Positions 35,201 to 46,400 of a stretch of 64,000 bases of DNA are shown in pieces. How positions within the stretch are numbered: the stretch's first letter is position 1; every line of letters begins with the position of its first letter. The notes under the pieces were generated by a model, which worked only from the letters and a program-made list of their open reading frames with translations, did no database searches and was not told where the DNA came from. Source of the DNA: Albugo candida (lineage: Eukaryota); contig JBDOQK010000031.1 in assembly GCA_040437565.1 (NCBI GenBank), forward strand, positions 1-64,000, in the 5' to 3' direction. Made by a program: the position numbers and the translations under genes.

Positions 35201-36964
35201 GCGTATTTTGACAATGAGTGCGTAGGTTTGGGCTGTTTTACGGCATCTTGTCGGTATTGCAAGCTGGACACAAGTATCGCTACGGTGCCCTTCTTTCCAT
35301 GTCCGTTTGAATTTCAGGTGGCCAAATCACGACTGAACAATACTCTGTCAAGTACACTTGTGGATACCTCCTCTACACAACGCAATGACTCGGATGGAAA
35401 TCCTTTGGATTATTCGTTTGGCAATGCGAAAATATCAATTCCCGGAAATGTCGATACGAATGTATTGGTTTGGAATACACTCAGCAAGAACAAAGATACT
35501 TCCTGTAGCGTTCTTGTCTCTCGTGGAGACATGCAAGTGGGTGTGAGTGCTATCAATGATTCGCTGTGTTCGCAGGGAGGTCTTGGCTGCTTTACGCTCC
35601 AGTGCCGTTTTTGTAAGACAAGAGATACTGAGCAATCGAATCACTTTTATAGCTGTTCAACAGCAACAATATTGGAGGGTGAGACTGGCAATATCGATGA
35701 GGATACGCTTCGAGATACTTGTTGGAAATTTGCATCACGAGGAGACCTGAAGGCTGGTGTCACCTGTCTAACCGATGCACGTTGTAAAACTGGTGGCTTA
35801 GGCTGTATCTCTGATTCCTGCCGCTTTTGCAGAGTTTTCAATTCGACTCAAGGAAGTCCGTATATGGCGTGTGAGCAGGTGATACAAACTCGAAATGGTT
35901 CACAAGTTGATCTCCCAATAGTGAACAAGGCAATTACAATCGATCGATGTCGTAGTCTAGTTTCCTCGGGAGACATTGCTGCTGGCATATCAGCTCTTTG
36001 GGATGAAACATGCAACTCTGGTGGTCTCGGTTGCTTCAATTCGGAATGCCGTTTCTGCGCTACGTTTCGATCCACTCAATCCGATACGTTCCATAATTGT
36101 GCTGCGTTGAAGCCTATGATCGGCAATCAGTCGACTGGCTCCTTGACAGAGACCGCAAAGGCTTCGAATCAAGTATCGCTGAATGTGGTATCACCGGTAG
36201 ATTCATGCACTCGTCTGAGCACTATTGCTCAGAAAAAGGCTGGGGTCTTTACTGTCACCGATTATACATGCTCAAACAAAGCCGAACCGATTGATCGTGA
36301 CCGGCACTGTGTGACACCTTCATGTAGGCAATGCAGGCTACCCGGACATAGATCGCATACCGCTGGCCTGGAAATTTGCCCGCTTACGGTGGAGCACTAT
36401 CTACTGAGGCGATCGGTGCGTACAAGTGAGGAGTGTGCGGATGCTGTATCGTTTGCAGACTCACGAGAAGGAGTTTCTGCACAGTATGATACCAATTGCG
36501 CTCGGAATCGAACGAGTATTCCATCCGCGTCGCAAGAAAGCTGTTTTGCAACACTTTTATGTAGATTCTGTCAATTTAGAGAAACAGCACGCAGCAGGAA
36601 ACTTGTTCATTGCTCGGATCGTGAAACTTTCCATCATCTACCCAGTTCAAGTGATATCACGCCACAAAGCATCAAAGATTCAAGTCGAGAAAGCGGTAAA
36701 GCCACATTCGATCAGCGGGTGAATGGATACGCCATATCAAATACTAACGAAAGGCGCGATAGTACGAGAGCAAATCTCCGCTTCCTTTCGGTAGTTGTGT
36801 GCGGATTAGCTGTTGGATGTGTTGTGGGTGTTTTCGCGTACAAGTTGAGAAGGTATCACTCTGCTCGACATAATCAGGTCTTTGATTTGCCGACATCCGC
36901 AGACGTCGATCAGCAGAATTGTAGTGGTGTGAATCATGAAGGTAGCACACATGTGAAGCTTTAA
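32219..36964 (+). CDS. TMEM2/CEMIP-like G8 plus parallel beta-helix protein with six C-terminal six-Cys modules and a TM anchor (~197 nt repeated around the gap at 34202-34301)
   Basis: Signal peptide MDVRQLSRFLVFMAWSAHA, G8 domain, 'TWTRL', 'WDIGDEISIASTDF', 'RAEVALLTRSI', 'GQ...GRYPIHFH', 'AITVHGT', 'GHAVMLEDGAE', 'LYDGP' and 'DEDGSVTGY'. TM FLSVVVCGLAVGCVVGVFAY is followed by KLRR. Confidence 0.85.
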   Translation: MDVRQLSRFLVFMAWSAHAATIWEDHVEMGDHIVATGSTLVLRGLNRVEGQLLIQHGASVSVDPGRDAVLIVSGIQVNGSFLIGNATHPYIRKAIIHIACNPTLSKWNEQRKGIVVHRGGWIGLFGKKGSSRHTWTRLYDHAYKGTTILRFDVPEDWDIGDEISIASTDFDPHQTEKRTIREIDGNVVQVDIPLDFTHFGRITENVDQRAEVALLTRSIVFQGCYEKNAALIGVGGHMMIMEGFYRAQIQGVEIRNFGQADKIGRYPIHFHMAGYVPDGTFIRYTAIHNSNFRAITVHGTQNVLVQGNVAFNITGHAVMLEDGAESENVFSDNCIMLVLEKTSGERLGSDTSIALSAFYITNTNNTFTRNTVVGVEGSGFWIHTRLNVKGLSFATGMYDDVHPYLIPIKEIRNNFVHSTKVGFRIESPDLDGDDIPRQISYSPPYTYMPVLIPSIDMFTVHHSREGGWFRIYRLIVNEWIVSDCTEGIQVLAQGNTPTFITEAFIRNSLFVGSSSNRGNLLMTPWQRINFIENRSESAIDRSLGDRMGIKLYDGPLFLEDTKFMNWVSAPCLNYYIPAIGARQYNTFAMSTLTHSRNVTFEKTDHRYFISDRDSDGGKTTTMLDEDGSVTGYRGSTLLPYWEFYSTIQCREASSWRLVCPHXXXXXXXXXXXXXXXXXXXXXXXXXXXXXXXXXXNVTFEKTDHRYFISDRDSDGGKTTTMLDEDGSVTGYRGSTLLPYWEFYSTIQCREASSWRLVCPHRYVNLDVIATDISQDKNRYGELIVYRNNVNESSRTAPLLTFQGQYIPISNGWLYHPIVSPGAYYTLRFTKMTPQQISLIISWADATDQVEISIIYPYDTLILNLTTQHGESLSTTTNLGVCRNCYTYDSNSQILRFNIAQEYERPSQGSACPIDGCVTVTILAALPNSAYVTEDTTIRTLEKTKRVEIEESTWIQKRLQRRDAMEQAMEEIKWCALVDPCIELVDVGNYRNGIMAYFDNECVGLGCFTASCRYCKLDTSIATVPFFPCPFEFQVAKSRLNNTLSSTLVDTSSTQRNDSDGNPLDYSFGNAKISIPGNVDTNVLVWNTLSKNKDTSCSVLVSRGDMQVGVSAINDSLCSQGGLGCFTLQCRFCKTRDTEQSNHFYSCSTATILEGETGNIDEDTLRDTCWKFASRGDLKAGVTCLTDARCKTGGLGCISDSCRFCRVFNSTQGSPYMACEQVIQTRNGSQVDLPIVNKAITIDRCRSLVSSGDIAAGISALWDETCNSGGLGCFNSECRFCATFRSTQSDTFHNCAALKPMIGNQSTGSLTETAKASNQVSLNVVSPVDSCTRLSTIAQKKAGVFTVTDYTCSNKAEPIDRDRHCVTPSCRQCRLPGHRSHTAGLEICPLTVEHYLLRRSVRTSEECADAVSFADSREGVSAQYDTNCARNRTSIPSASQESCFATLLCRFCQFRETARSRKLVHCSDRETFHHLPSSSDITPQSIKDSSRESGKATFDQRVNGYAISNTNERRDSTRANLRFLSVVVCGLAVGCVVGVFAYKLRRYHSARHNQVFDLPTSADVDQQNCSGVNHEGSTHVKL

Positions 36965-37105
36965 CGCTCCACGTTGAGGCCAATTCCAAGATGGGTCACA
37001 TAATGATGGATTGGCGACACCCCGAGACTCGCGATAGATACTTTGCGTCGATGTAAAAAAGTAAACTTTGAGAATTGAAGGCTGAGCTTGTGGATTGAAA
37101 GCAAT

Positions 37106-39408
37106 TCAAATCTTAACGTCTACAAAGTCCTGCAACTTCTTCCATACGCTACTTGGAAGCGAAAACGCTTTCATCTCATTTTGAAAAGTTGCTAGAAGAC
37201 GTGCTAATGTTTTTTCGATACCTAAAATCAGCATAGTTTTCGTTACATTAGACCACAGTTGCACCGCTACTTCACGTACCTCTCTGCAAAACAACTATAT
37301 CAGCAGTGAATTGTGTAGAGTCAAGTTGAGAGCACTCGTAGTGTGATAAATAACTTTCGAGGGCGCTTTGGCAATCCATTAAGGAGCAAAGCGCTGCCGC
37401 AATTGTATGCTATCATCAACGTGAGGCAACTGAGCAATACGAAGAAAAAAAGAGTAACAAGTTACTTTGGCACTTCCTTGTGTATCTTCTCTTCGTGACT
37501 TGATAAGAAGTGACCCCAAAGTATACTGCGTTTGCAAAACTTCCTGAGAACATTTCGATTAGCATGCAGTCCGCTACTACTGGACGAGCACGTACCTCGA
37601 TGTTGAAAAACACAGAATCTCTGGCCTGATGTAGGAGACACGCCCGAATCGCAAATTGGAGGTGATAATTAACAAACCCTCGTAGTTTGGACACTGTTTG
37701 ACACGAAGCGATTCTAAGGTTTGCAAGATGCGGATTCCGATCAAGTAAAATGAGTGGATGAATATTGCTTTGATGATTCATGAAACGAATCAGCGCCGCT
37801 ACCGACTTTTCCAGCTCCTTGGATTTTTCGTCTTCATCTTCGCCGTGTTGTCTAAACAAATCTGTGTATGTCTGCAATGAAAGTGTGAAACTATCCAGGA
37901 TACCCGTAGTGATACTAAAGCATGCATTCCACGATTCCGAATCAAGGTAAAGATCTTTACGCCAATGGGATCGAAATTGGCTGATTTTTTTTACTTCATT
38001 GATCCATACACTCGCTTCCAGATTATCAAGAGCCTGAAAATCGATTGGAGTCAAACTGAATGCTGGCTTTTGGCCTATTTCTCCGATGGCAAGTAGCCCT
38101 CTGATCTTCTTCATACGCTCTTGTAAAGCCACAACATAATGCTTTGATGGATTTTCTGTCTCTATGGCAATACCAGTGGCCCATTTCGCAATAAAGAGCG
38201 ATTGAAGCGTCGGAAATTCCTTGTTCAAGCGATAGAGATTATCACGTGCCCAATCCAGTAAAACTTGCCAGCATCTTGTGCGATCTAAATCATTATTTCT
38301 TTCAAAAGCCCAAGTCCGATAGAATGATGATTTGAGCAGCGACATTGCACAAAGCTGCGAAAAAAGTTCAAAGAAGCTGCTGAGGATGTAAGAAACACAA
38401 GAAAGCCACGTTCGAGTCGGTGCGTGCTGTGATAAAGAGCCAAAAAATACCAGAGTGGGGTATCCAATCAATGCACAACGCCAACACTGTAAAGCGTGTC
38501 GCTGCGTCTGAGCTTTCAACGTCACGAATGCATTTGCTTGCATTGGTGAAGTGCCAAAATACGTTTCTCTGCTTAGGAATAAGTAAGTAGAGATGCAGGA
38601 AGATAGTATCACACCCATGCCATCAGGCACGACAAAATCATCCGTTAGCAGGTACCGCATCGCCCATTTCCAAACCCACGAGTGCGCAATCGATAAAGCC
38701 CAAATAATCATCAGTTGTGGCTCTTGATAAAATTGCATGAAAGCATGCACGAATGAAGTTACTACAGCGTCCACAAACCCAAATTCTACCCGAATCGGTG
38801 AAAATAGAAACTCATATCTTCGAGGAGTAGGTAACACGATAAATCGCACGAGCACAAAAAGAAATGACAGGACGCCAAGAAAGGTGCACGTCAGCAAGCA
38901 TTGAATAAACTTNNNNNNNNNNNNNNNNNNNNNNNNNNNNNNNNNNNNNNNNNNNNNNNNNNNNNNNNNNNNNNNNNNNNNNNNNNNNNNNNNNNNNNNN
39001 NNNNNNNNNNNNCCGCATCGCCCATTTCCAAACCCACGAGTGCGCAATCGATAAAGCCCAAATAATCATCAGTTGTGGTTCTTGATAAAATTGCATGGAA
39101 GCATGCACGAATGAAGTTACTACAGCTTCCACAAACCCAAATTCTACCCGAATCGGTGAAAATAGAAACTCATATCTTCGAGGAGTAGGTAACACGATAA
39201 ATCGCACGAGCACAAAAAGAAATGACAGGACGCCAAGAAAGGTGCACGTCAGCAAGCATTGAATAAACTTCAAATCTTGATGCGTCATCATCGAACCAAT
39301 CCAACAAAGCAGTAATAGTGGAATTGTGACAGAACCGAGCACCAAAACGATAAGGCCACGTAATGCTTGCCGAATGTGGATCTGGAAGAACGGGTAGGGC
39401 CAAGCCAT
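37106..39408 (-). CDS. Probable transmembrane nucleoporin NDC1-like protein, multi-exon
   Basis: About 6 N-terminal hydrophobic helices, then a soluble helical domain with 'LLIKSRREDTQG' (cf. Ndc1 L...S..ED..G) and C-terminal 'IEKTLARLLATFQNEM....VWKKLQDFV'. Confidence 0.55.
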
Positions 39409-39871
39409 GTCAATCAAATCGAAGGCATTGTTACATTTTATCCCGTGAAATGTAGAGCGTTGAAAGAAATACTGAAGTGCTTGCAGAACTTCCCAAGTAT
39501 GCAAAATTCCCATGAGCTTTATTTGATTGGCAATTAACAATAGCGTATTTCTGCGTAATATACCGAAAACTCGACAGTATCATTGTAAAGCGAATAGAAA
39601 GAATTAATCGAGACGAGAGTGCCCCTTACTCGGCATTTTTTCTCAATCCGATTTATTTATACTACAATGACTGTCAGGCCACGCCAACACGGTCTGACAA
39701 CCAGAATGAGTGAAATAAGCAATGATGTACTCGAATCGTAGTCGACAATGCAGCTAAGTGACGAAGTATTGAATAAAGTTTATAGTATCCACATTTATCG
39801 CATGAACCGCTAGTAACCACCAATCTTGTGGTAGTTATTCGCAATCAGAGTCCGAGTTAGTAAAAGGTATC

Positions 39872-40450
39872 ATGAGCTACAACAAGCGAGAAAGCCATTC
39901 AGTTCAGAGATTTTGCAGATGCATACAATGCAAATACGCTCTTTATATCAACAAAACGTCAACGACATACCGCTGCAACTTTGCTGGTTGCTATTCCCAC
40001 TTTGACGACTTCTTAGACTTTCTTGAGCATCAAGAAGTAAATCATGGGTTTATTGCCCCTCATACAACTAAGACGCGATCAATTATATATAATCAACAGA
40101 CAGGTAGAGAGCCCTTACCACCTTTCACGGTGTATATAGGGCAGCAATTCATTCGTCCATGGATTCATCCAGTTCGATGGACAATGGATCGCGTGGAGGA
40201 AGAATCTGCGACGCTGATTGCCCAACTGGAGCGCACAATGAAGCCAAACCGATTTTTTATATATAGAGTATTTGAAGAGGCCAAGAAAATTGTCGAAGAT
40301 GGAGATGTATCATTAGAGTCCCAGTACCAAGCGGCTTTAGACTTTTACAATTCATCTCTGACGCATCCCACGGCAGTGACTGATGATAATGAGGAAGTGA
40401 TTGCACCTGTTGGAATGGGTCATAATTGGCTTTCGTCTCGAGTTGCATGA
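39872..40450 (+). CDS. Intronless 192-aa protein with one C2H2 zinc finger
   Basis: 'YRCNFAGCYSHFDDFLDFLEHQEVNH' gives C-x4-C-x12-H-x4-H, with a clean ATG..TGA. Confidence 0.65.
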   Translation: MSYNKRESHSVQRFCRCIQCKYALYINKTSTTYRCNFAGCYSHFDDFLDFLEHQEVNHGFIAPHTTKTRSIIYNQQTGREPLPPFTVYIGQQFIRPWIHPVRWTMDRVEEESATLIAQLERTMKPNRFFIYRVFEEAKKIVEDGDVSLESQYQAALDFYNSSLTHPTAVTDDNEEVIAPVGMGHNWLSSRVA

Positions 40451-40699
40451 TCATATACTGGTCAAATGGATGCTACCAATGTTATAGGTGATCATGAAGA
40501 AAGCTGTCTAACATACAAATATATAACCATTTGTCTGGTTTATTCGACTTACACGCACATATCCAAGCCTGACGAAAAGACGCGGTGTACTGAGTCGGCT
40601 TAAGCTAAAGAAAATTTATGCAACTGTGGGGTCTATTCGCTCAACGTCATTACATCATTCCGAAATGCATATGCGAGTGACTGTTTTAACCCTGGGGAA

Positions 40700-43450
40700 G
40701 CTGTTCGAAAATGACAATGACTAGTATCTACAGCTGCAACGGGTACATGCAAGTCATATGCATCGAGATAAAACCAACAACATAGTGGTACATGTCAGAC
40801 TTTGGTGGTGACAATAGGTGCAAGACTACTTCACATATCGACAATTCGTCGATGCTTCTTTCTGAACTTCGGCGTAGAGCGTTTGTAATATGCGGAGAAT
40901 TTTTTTGACCTTATAAAATGCCCCTTCATTTGGGCACGAAGCAGCAGCGTTAGGGACAACCCTTTCATCAAGGCACTCATTATACTAGCGCCTCCCTTGA
41001 CTTTCGGATTCTAAAACTACTACAAGAAAAAGTAAGATATGTTTGGCTCAAAAGTCCATGCTTTGGAAAACCAATCACCGCAGCTGTGTCTCCTGATTCT
41101 CAAGTACTTTACTAGCCGTATCTGGTACACATCATCCAAAATATGCGTTTTCCGGATCTGATGGTGAATCTTCCGTGTACCACAGTTGATTGCTGAGTGT
41201 GTTTGTGCTGCACTGTAGCTGGACTAAAACACGAAATCTCGAACAATCGTCAAATGTTGCAGGATGGAACTGAGAAGTGCATCTTTCAATCCTTACAAAA
41301 CTGAAGATGAATTACTCTGCATTTGTTAAATCGCTTGCACCATCTCGCTGTGCTCGAACGGGTCGAGAATGGTATTGTTCTTCTGTAATCCAGCAGAGCC
41401 GAATTCTAAGCTACTCGGCTGTTTCAATAGCACCCCAATAATACTTAAAATTCCTCTACATTCCTCTATGACTTCGATAACTTCGATGTCACAGAGCCAA
41501 TTTTTTTCCTTGTAATTTTTGGAGCATCAGGCGATGGATGGCAAGAAGTATTTCAAGAGCAAATGTAATGCATGGAGACGGTCTTTATTCGTAACGGAAT
41601 GATCTCAACCTTATTCCTGTGTGCCAATCGAGCTGTTATAGCTTTCTTTACATGCTGAGCATATATTTACCAGAAATACAACTTTATTGTGCAGTCTTTT
41701 GTCCGAACGCCGGGAAATTTACTTCTAGTTTTTACATTCGAGCTTCCCACATCTTCTACGATTCGAAGTCTTCCGTGATTGTTACATCACCGAACTCGCT
41801 TCCATCTCGATTTCTTCGACAGCTTCAGGATATTGGAATACACGTGTTGGGATAAATTTGAGACACTCGTACGGATAATATTCCACAAATCGAAAATCTG
41901 ACTAAAAACGCTAAATGATCTTTTGCATGTATACCATTTGTATAGCTCTTCTGACACGCAGAGCGAACTTGCCAGCTCCAGTTATGGTATTGAGACTAAT
42001 GTACTGAATTCCCCATCGTCTACCACACTTGATTGCGAAAACCGGTCCAAACACGCTGCTAGGCTTGATTCGTGTCGAATTATTCCACTCGAAGCACGAT
42101 AGCAAAATCGAGCGGTGTACGTTCTAAATAAGCCGCCACTGCGATTTTGAGCTAGATGCAATAAAGCTTTTTTCACGTCATTGACAGAAATATGCAACGC
42201 TCTTCTGATTGTAAAAGACTCCGGAGTGAATGTAGCTGATTGTGTTGATGAAACTTGATTTCTTACAAACAACTTTTCATGAGTTTCAATAGAATGTGTT
42301 CGATAGAAAAATATTCTCCCCGTGACCTGTGGTATCGTCCCATGTTGAAAATGTACAGATGACGCTAGCATTTACGGTAAAGTGGACCACCAACTATCAT
42401 TGTTCAATCATTGCGTATCGAGATATATCCGCAAGTAAGAATCGATGATAACTCATCGATGTTATTGCAGGGGTTCTCGTCTCATTCCCCTTCAACGATT
42501 ACATTGCTTTTGAATTGTTCTGCAACGGTCATATAATAGCTACAGAACTGATACTTGGTTTATATAATGGGCGTCATGATCGTTTGTGCACAGCTTAGAT
42601 GCCGTTCACATGAGAAGCAACTCGATCGACGCAATAGTTATTCTTAGATGGATTTCTTCGTAACTTAGCGCCGAAGCTAACTTCTACAGAGAGTAAGTCG
42701 GTAGAAGAGATGAAGTAGTTTATCTTTCTTCAACAAAACAGCGCAACAGTCCACGTCTCGCTCAGTGATCCAGAAATCCCTACTACGAGAGCGAGAAGGT
42801 GAATGGAATATGTCTAAATCATCAATCATTAGTCTAAGAATTTGGGTATGTTTATCCGATGATTGGTCCGCATTATGACTGGATTGCGTTCATAGCCGAT
42901 ATGCTCTTCATAGCCTTAATATTAGATATCAAGAAGCAAGGCAATTTCTTCCCAATCACCACCAATAAAGGAGGAAAAGATTAATTGTGGATTCCACCGA
43001 GTCGACACAAATCCCAGCTTTTGGATATGTGCAAATCGTGATGTAAGCACCCTATTGATTTTAAGTAAAACATCAGTCCCGCTGATAAAATATGAAGAAA
43101 ATTCGTTTTCATTTTTAGGTGACGTCGTCGCGAACTTGTTGCTGACATTACTATAAGGACCTAAGAGCTCATTCAAAAATCGATCAAACTGCGTTGAAGC
43201 ACCATATAAGCTCGACTTTGTTGGTTCGATTGCATTGGGCGACATATAGGACGTAACCCACGCTTAGATTGAGAAAAACTACCGGCTGCGTCATATACTC
43301 GATATGGTAGTCGCTGCAGTACATACTCTGGCCAAATGTGATTAGGAGACATAATTATTTGATGTTTTTGATTGATGACTTGGTCGCAGACATTATCTCA
43401 CAGCCAAATAATACTTTCATCGGCACTGAAGAATGAGGCACCTGCTAATT
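40700..43450 (-). mobile_element. Highly decayed non-LTR (LINE) retrotransposon remnant (APE endonuclease plus RT)
   Basis: Motif relics occur in the correct minus-strand order: 'SYMSPN' and 'FIGGDW' (APE), 'ISVNDVKKALLHLAQNRSGG' (cf. EV..AL..L...K.PG), 'PGVRTKD' (cf. GVRQGD), 'VEEF/KYYWG' (cf. FKYLG) and 'PKVKGGAS' (cf. P...GGLG). There are many stops. Confidence 0.5.
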
Positions 43451-46400
43451 TCTATCAAGTGGAACTCAGACAACTGAGTTCAACATCTGACCTGTTGGCT
43501 ACGTGTTCCCAAAAGGAGCTGGAGCACCATGGTCAGGAGAAAACCCAAATTTCGTACAGCAATGTTGACTAGTACAGGTGTCGAGTGTATGTTTGAAAAT
43601 ATCTCCAGTTTGCATGCATTAATGTCCCAAATGCTCAACTGAGATGTAATTGCAAGCGTTGGACGTACATCTCGTCTGTGAACTCAATGAGAGAAAAGTT
43701 ATGGCTTGAATGACAGCATTTTTTGGACTTGGATTATACCCGACATTTATTAAACGATTGTATCTCATTACCTAGTTGATTTTACTGGCAGATTCTATAA
43801 ATGTTGGCATGTTGCAATGTTAGCTCGCGCACGCCGTCGCCTTTTATCGAACACATGTGTGTGAGGCGGCGTATGTCTTTCTAGTCTCTGTACCGACACT
43901 CGTATTTTTTTGTAGCACACTTGACACTGTATTAATACATATACAATCAGGCCTAAAGAATAGGAGAATTACGAGCTAGATAACGCGTACCACGTCGCAC
44001 TGCAAGTTCATTACCAATAGCAGCCGGCGCGTAGAGTAGATCGTATCAATCCTGGATATCTTGGTTGAAGAACAGCTGTTTGACAGTTTATCGTCATGAA
44101 GGATGTGGTCGCCAATACGGTCGGATGCTCTCAACATCGAATTTACAGAGCCACAAGACAGGCTTTAATCAGCTCGGTAATGGTCTCATATGAGCCTCAA
44201 TTCGAGCACGTATTGGTATATGGAACAGTGCATTGCTAAGTGCTGCAAAGGCCAAAAAGAGAAAGACAAAATTATAGGTGAAAGACTATTACGACTTTCA
44301 TTTGGTAGGCATACATTACCACGCGTATTGTGTTACCAATAATATATCGTATCTTCATTTTTCGTTGATAAACTCGGCCAAGCCGATTGTGATAGCTGCT
44401 AGACGATACTTGCGGTGAGGTGAAGGAAATTTGTACTTGTACAATCATAAAGCCAAGGACATTAGTTGCTATCTTAATTCTGAGCTTTTGCTTTCACCAA
44501 TTTCCCAGTCATTATGCAAAATGGTGCTCCTCTGGTGATGTGAACATTATACATCCGGAAGCATTCAGGTATATGATGTTATGTAAGTGCTGAGGATTCA
44601 GCCGTAATCGCAGATGCTTCTAACTCTCTAAATCGACAAGACTATTGGTGCAACTCGAATAGTCCAGAAAGAAAAAACTTGAAATCGCGAAACGTGAACT
44701 TGGACCTTGGACATGATACAACACTTTACAATTCGAAATCAACATGTTCAATACAAAATCCGTCGATGGCCGCAAAGCATCCAAGAAATGAGACCTCCTG
44801 ATACATGCTTCTTCAAACTGAACCATATCACGTTTCCTCACATCACATGATATAAGGAGTGCTAATCTACCCTTCTCAGCGTTCAAAGACTCTCTTGTGA
44901 CTCAGGTAACTAGTTATGTATCTCCTGATTGAGCACTTGCGGTGGTTTGGATCGAAATGTCGGTATGGACAATCGTAATGACCGAACAAATGGGTCATTG
45001 TTGATAAGTCAAAGACTATGTGTTGAAACGAAATGCTTCACATAAACTGTACGAAAACATTCGGATGATTTGACGTCTCATCATGACCAGATCCTATTAC
45101 ACTCATTGGGCGTTGCTACTCCGCTCGGTTTTGCATTGATGTATGGACAACATTTGCTACTTCGCCATTCGAATTTTGATGTTTAGCTGTAAACATTGTC
45201 AACATACGAAATTTGACGCCTGTAGTACCAGAGAGGCAAATCGACAAAGCAGAATAATTTGCTGCTCTAGCGCTCCTTCACTGCTCTCCATAATCCATGA
45301 TTGATGCTGAATAAAAATCTTTGTATTATCGAATCTGACTCAGGTCGTTGTAAGTCGTCTGCGTGCCTTATTCTGCTCTGCTTCCGGATCATGTTGATCA
45401 TTTCGCATACAAAATGGGTCCTGTAGCAGCAAAATTTGTTCATTGGTGATCGCTAACTCGGAGATTTTATCGTTCCCATTGCTGTCTAAAGCATCGAAGA
45501 AGAGTGTACCTTAGTCATTTTCTGACTTCGGATCATTGCTTCTCCAGACCAAATGCTTGAAGCTGCGGTGTCGTTTTAAGGAAAGGAACGTACAAACACG
45601 GTCTGTAGCTTCATGCCTCATATTGGGAGTGCTGAGGCCACATGTCTTCCTCAAGCTCAGGTATCCCTCTTGATCATTCCGGCTTTCTTTTCATTCTACG
45701 GCCGATATTAGAGCGTAGGTGATGTAATTCTTGCTCTCCATCGAAGAGACTACAATCGCTTTATCTGGCTGCACATTATTCAATCCCCAAAAAATCGCTA
45801 TAATTCCTTTATGATTGCATTGACGTTTGATTCTCATTGTGAACTTTCACCATCGTGAGTTTGGTCTATGTAGTCTTCGTGACCATTTCGCTGATATCTT
45901 CGCATCGAACTTGTTCAAGACTGCACGTAGTCACTCGATCAAATACGAAACCCTCGTCATCACTCTCTTGCTATCGCACATGATCAAAGCAAGCATACAA
46001 AATGATCTCCTCTCTCAAAATGCATACTGCATGTGCATGTCTAGCCTTTTTGAAAGAGAAGCACAAGCTTCTTCATGTGCATGTACGCTTGCCGATCTTC
46101 TCAACTTGGGCTCCTTGTAAGCCCTAAAAACCTATTGCACGCAAGATTAGTCAAAGAATCTCCACGATTCTCTTGATCTGGTTCTAGTGTCCCATCCTGT
46201 GTAAGACTTGAAGTGTTTGCCGCAGAGTCTCGCTCGAATTGGCTCCTGTGGTCAATTTCTCTGTTGTTTCGCATTCCTACGAAGATTTGACAATGACGCG
46301 ACGTGATTCAAGACGAGTCCTCAATGTTTCTGTTGATTGCGACCGATTGTTCGGATGCGTTTGATTCTGACTTTCGTGCCAATCCGCTCGCACAGTATCA

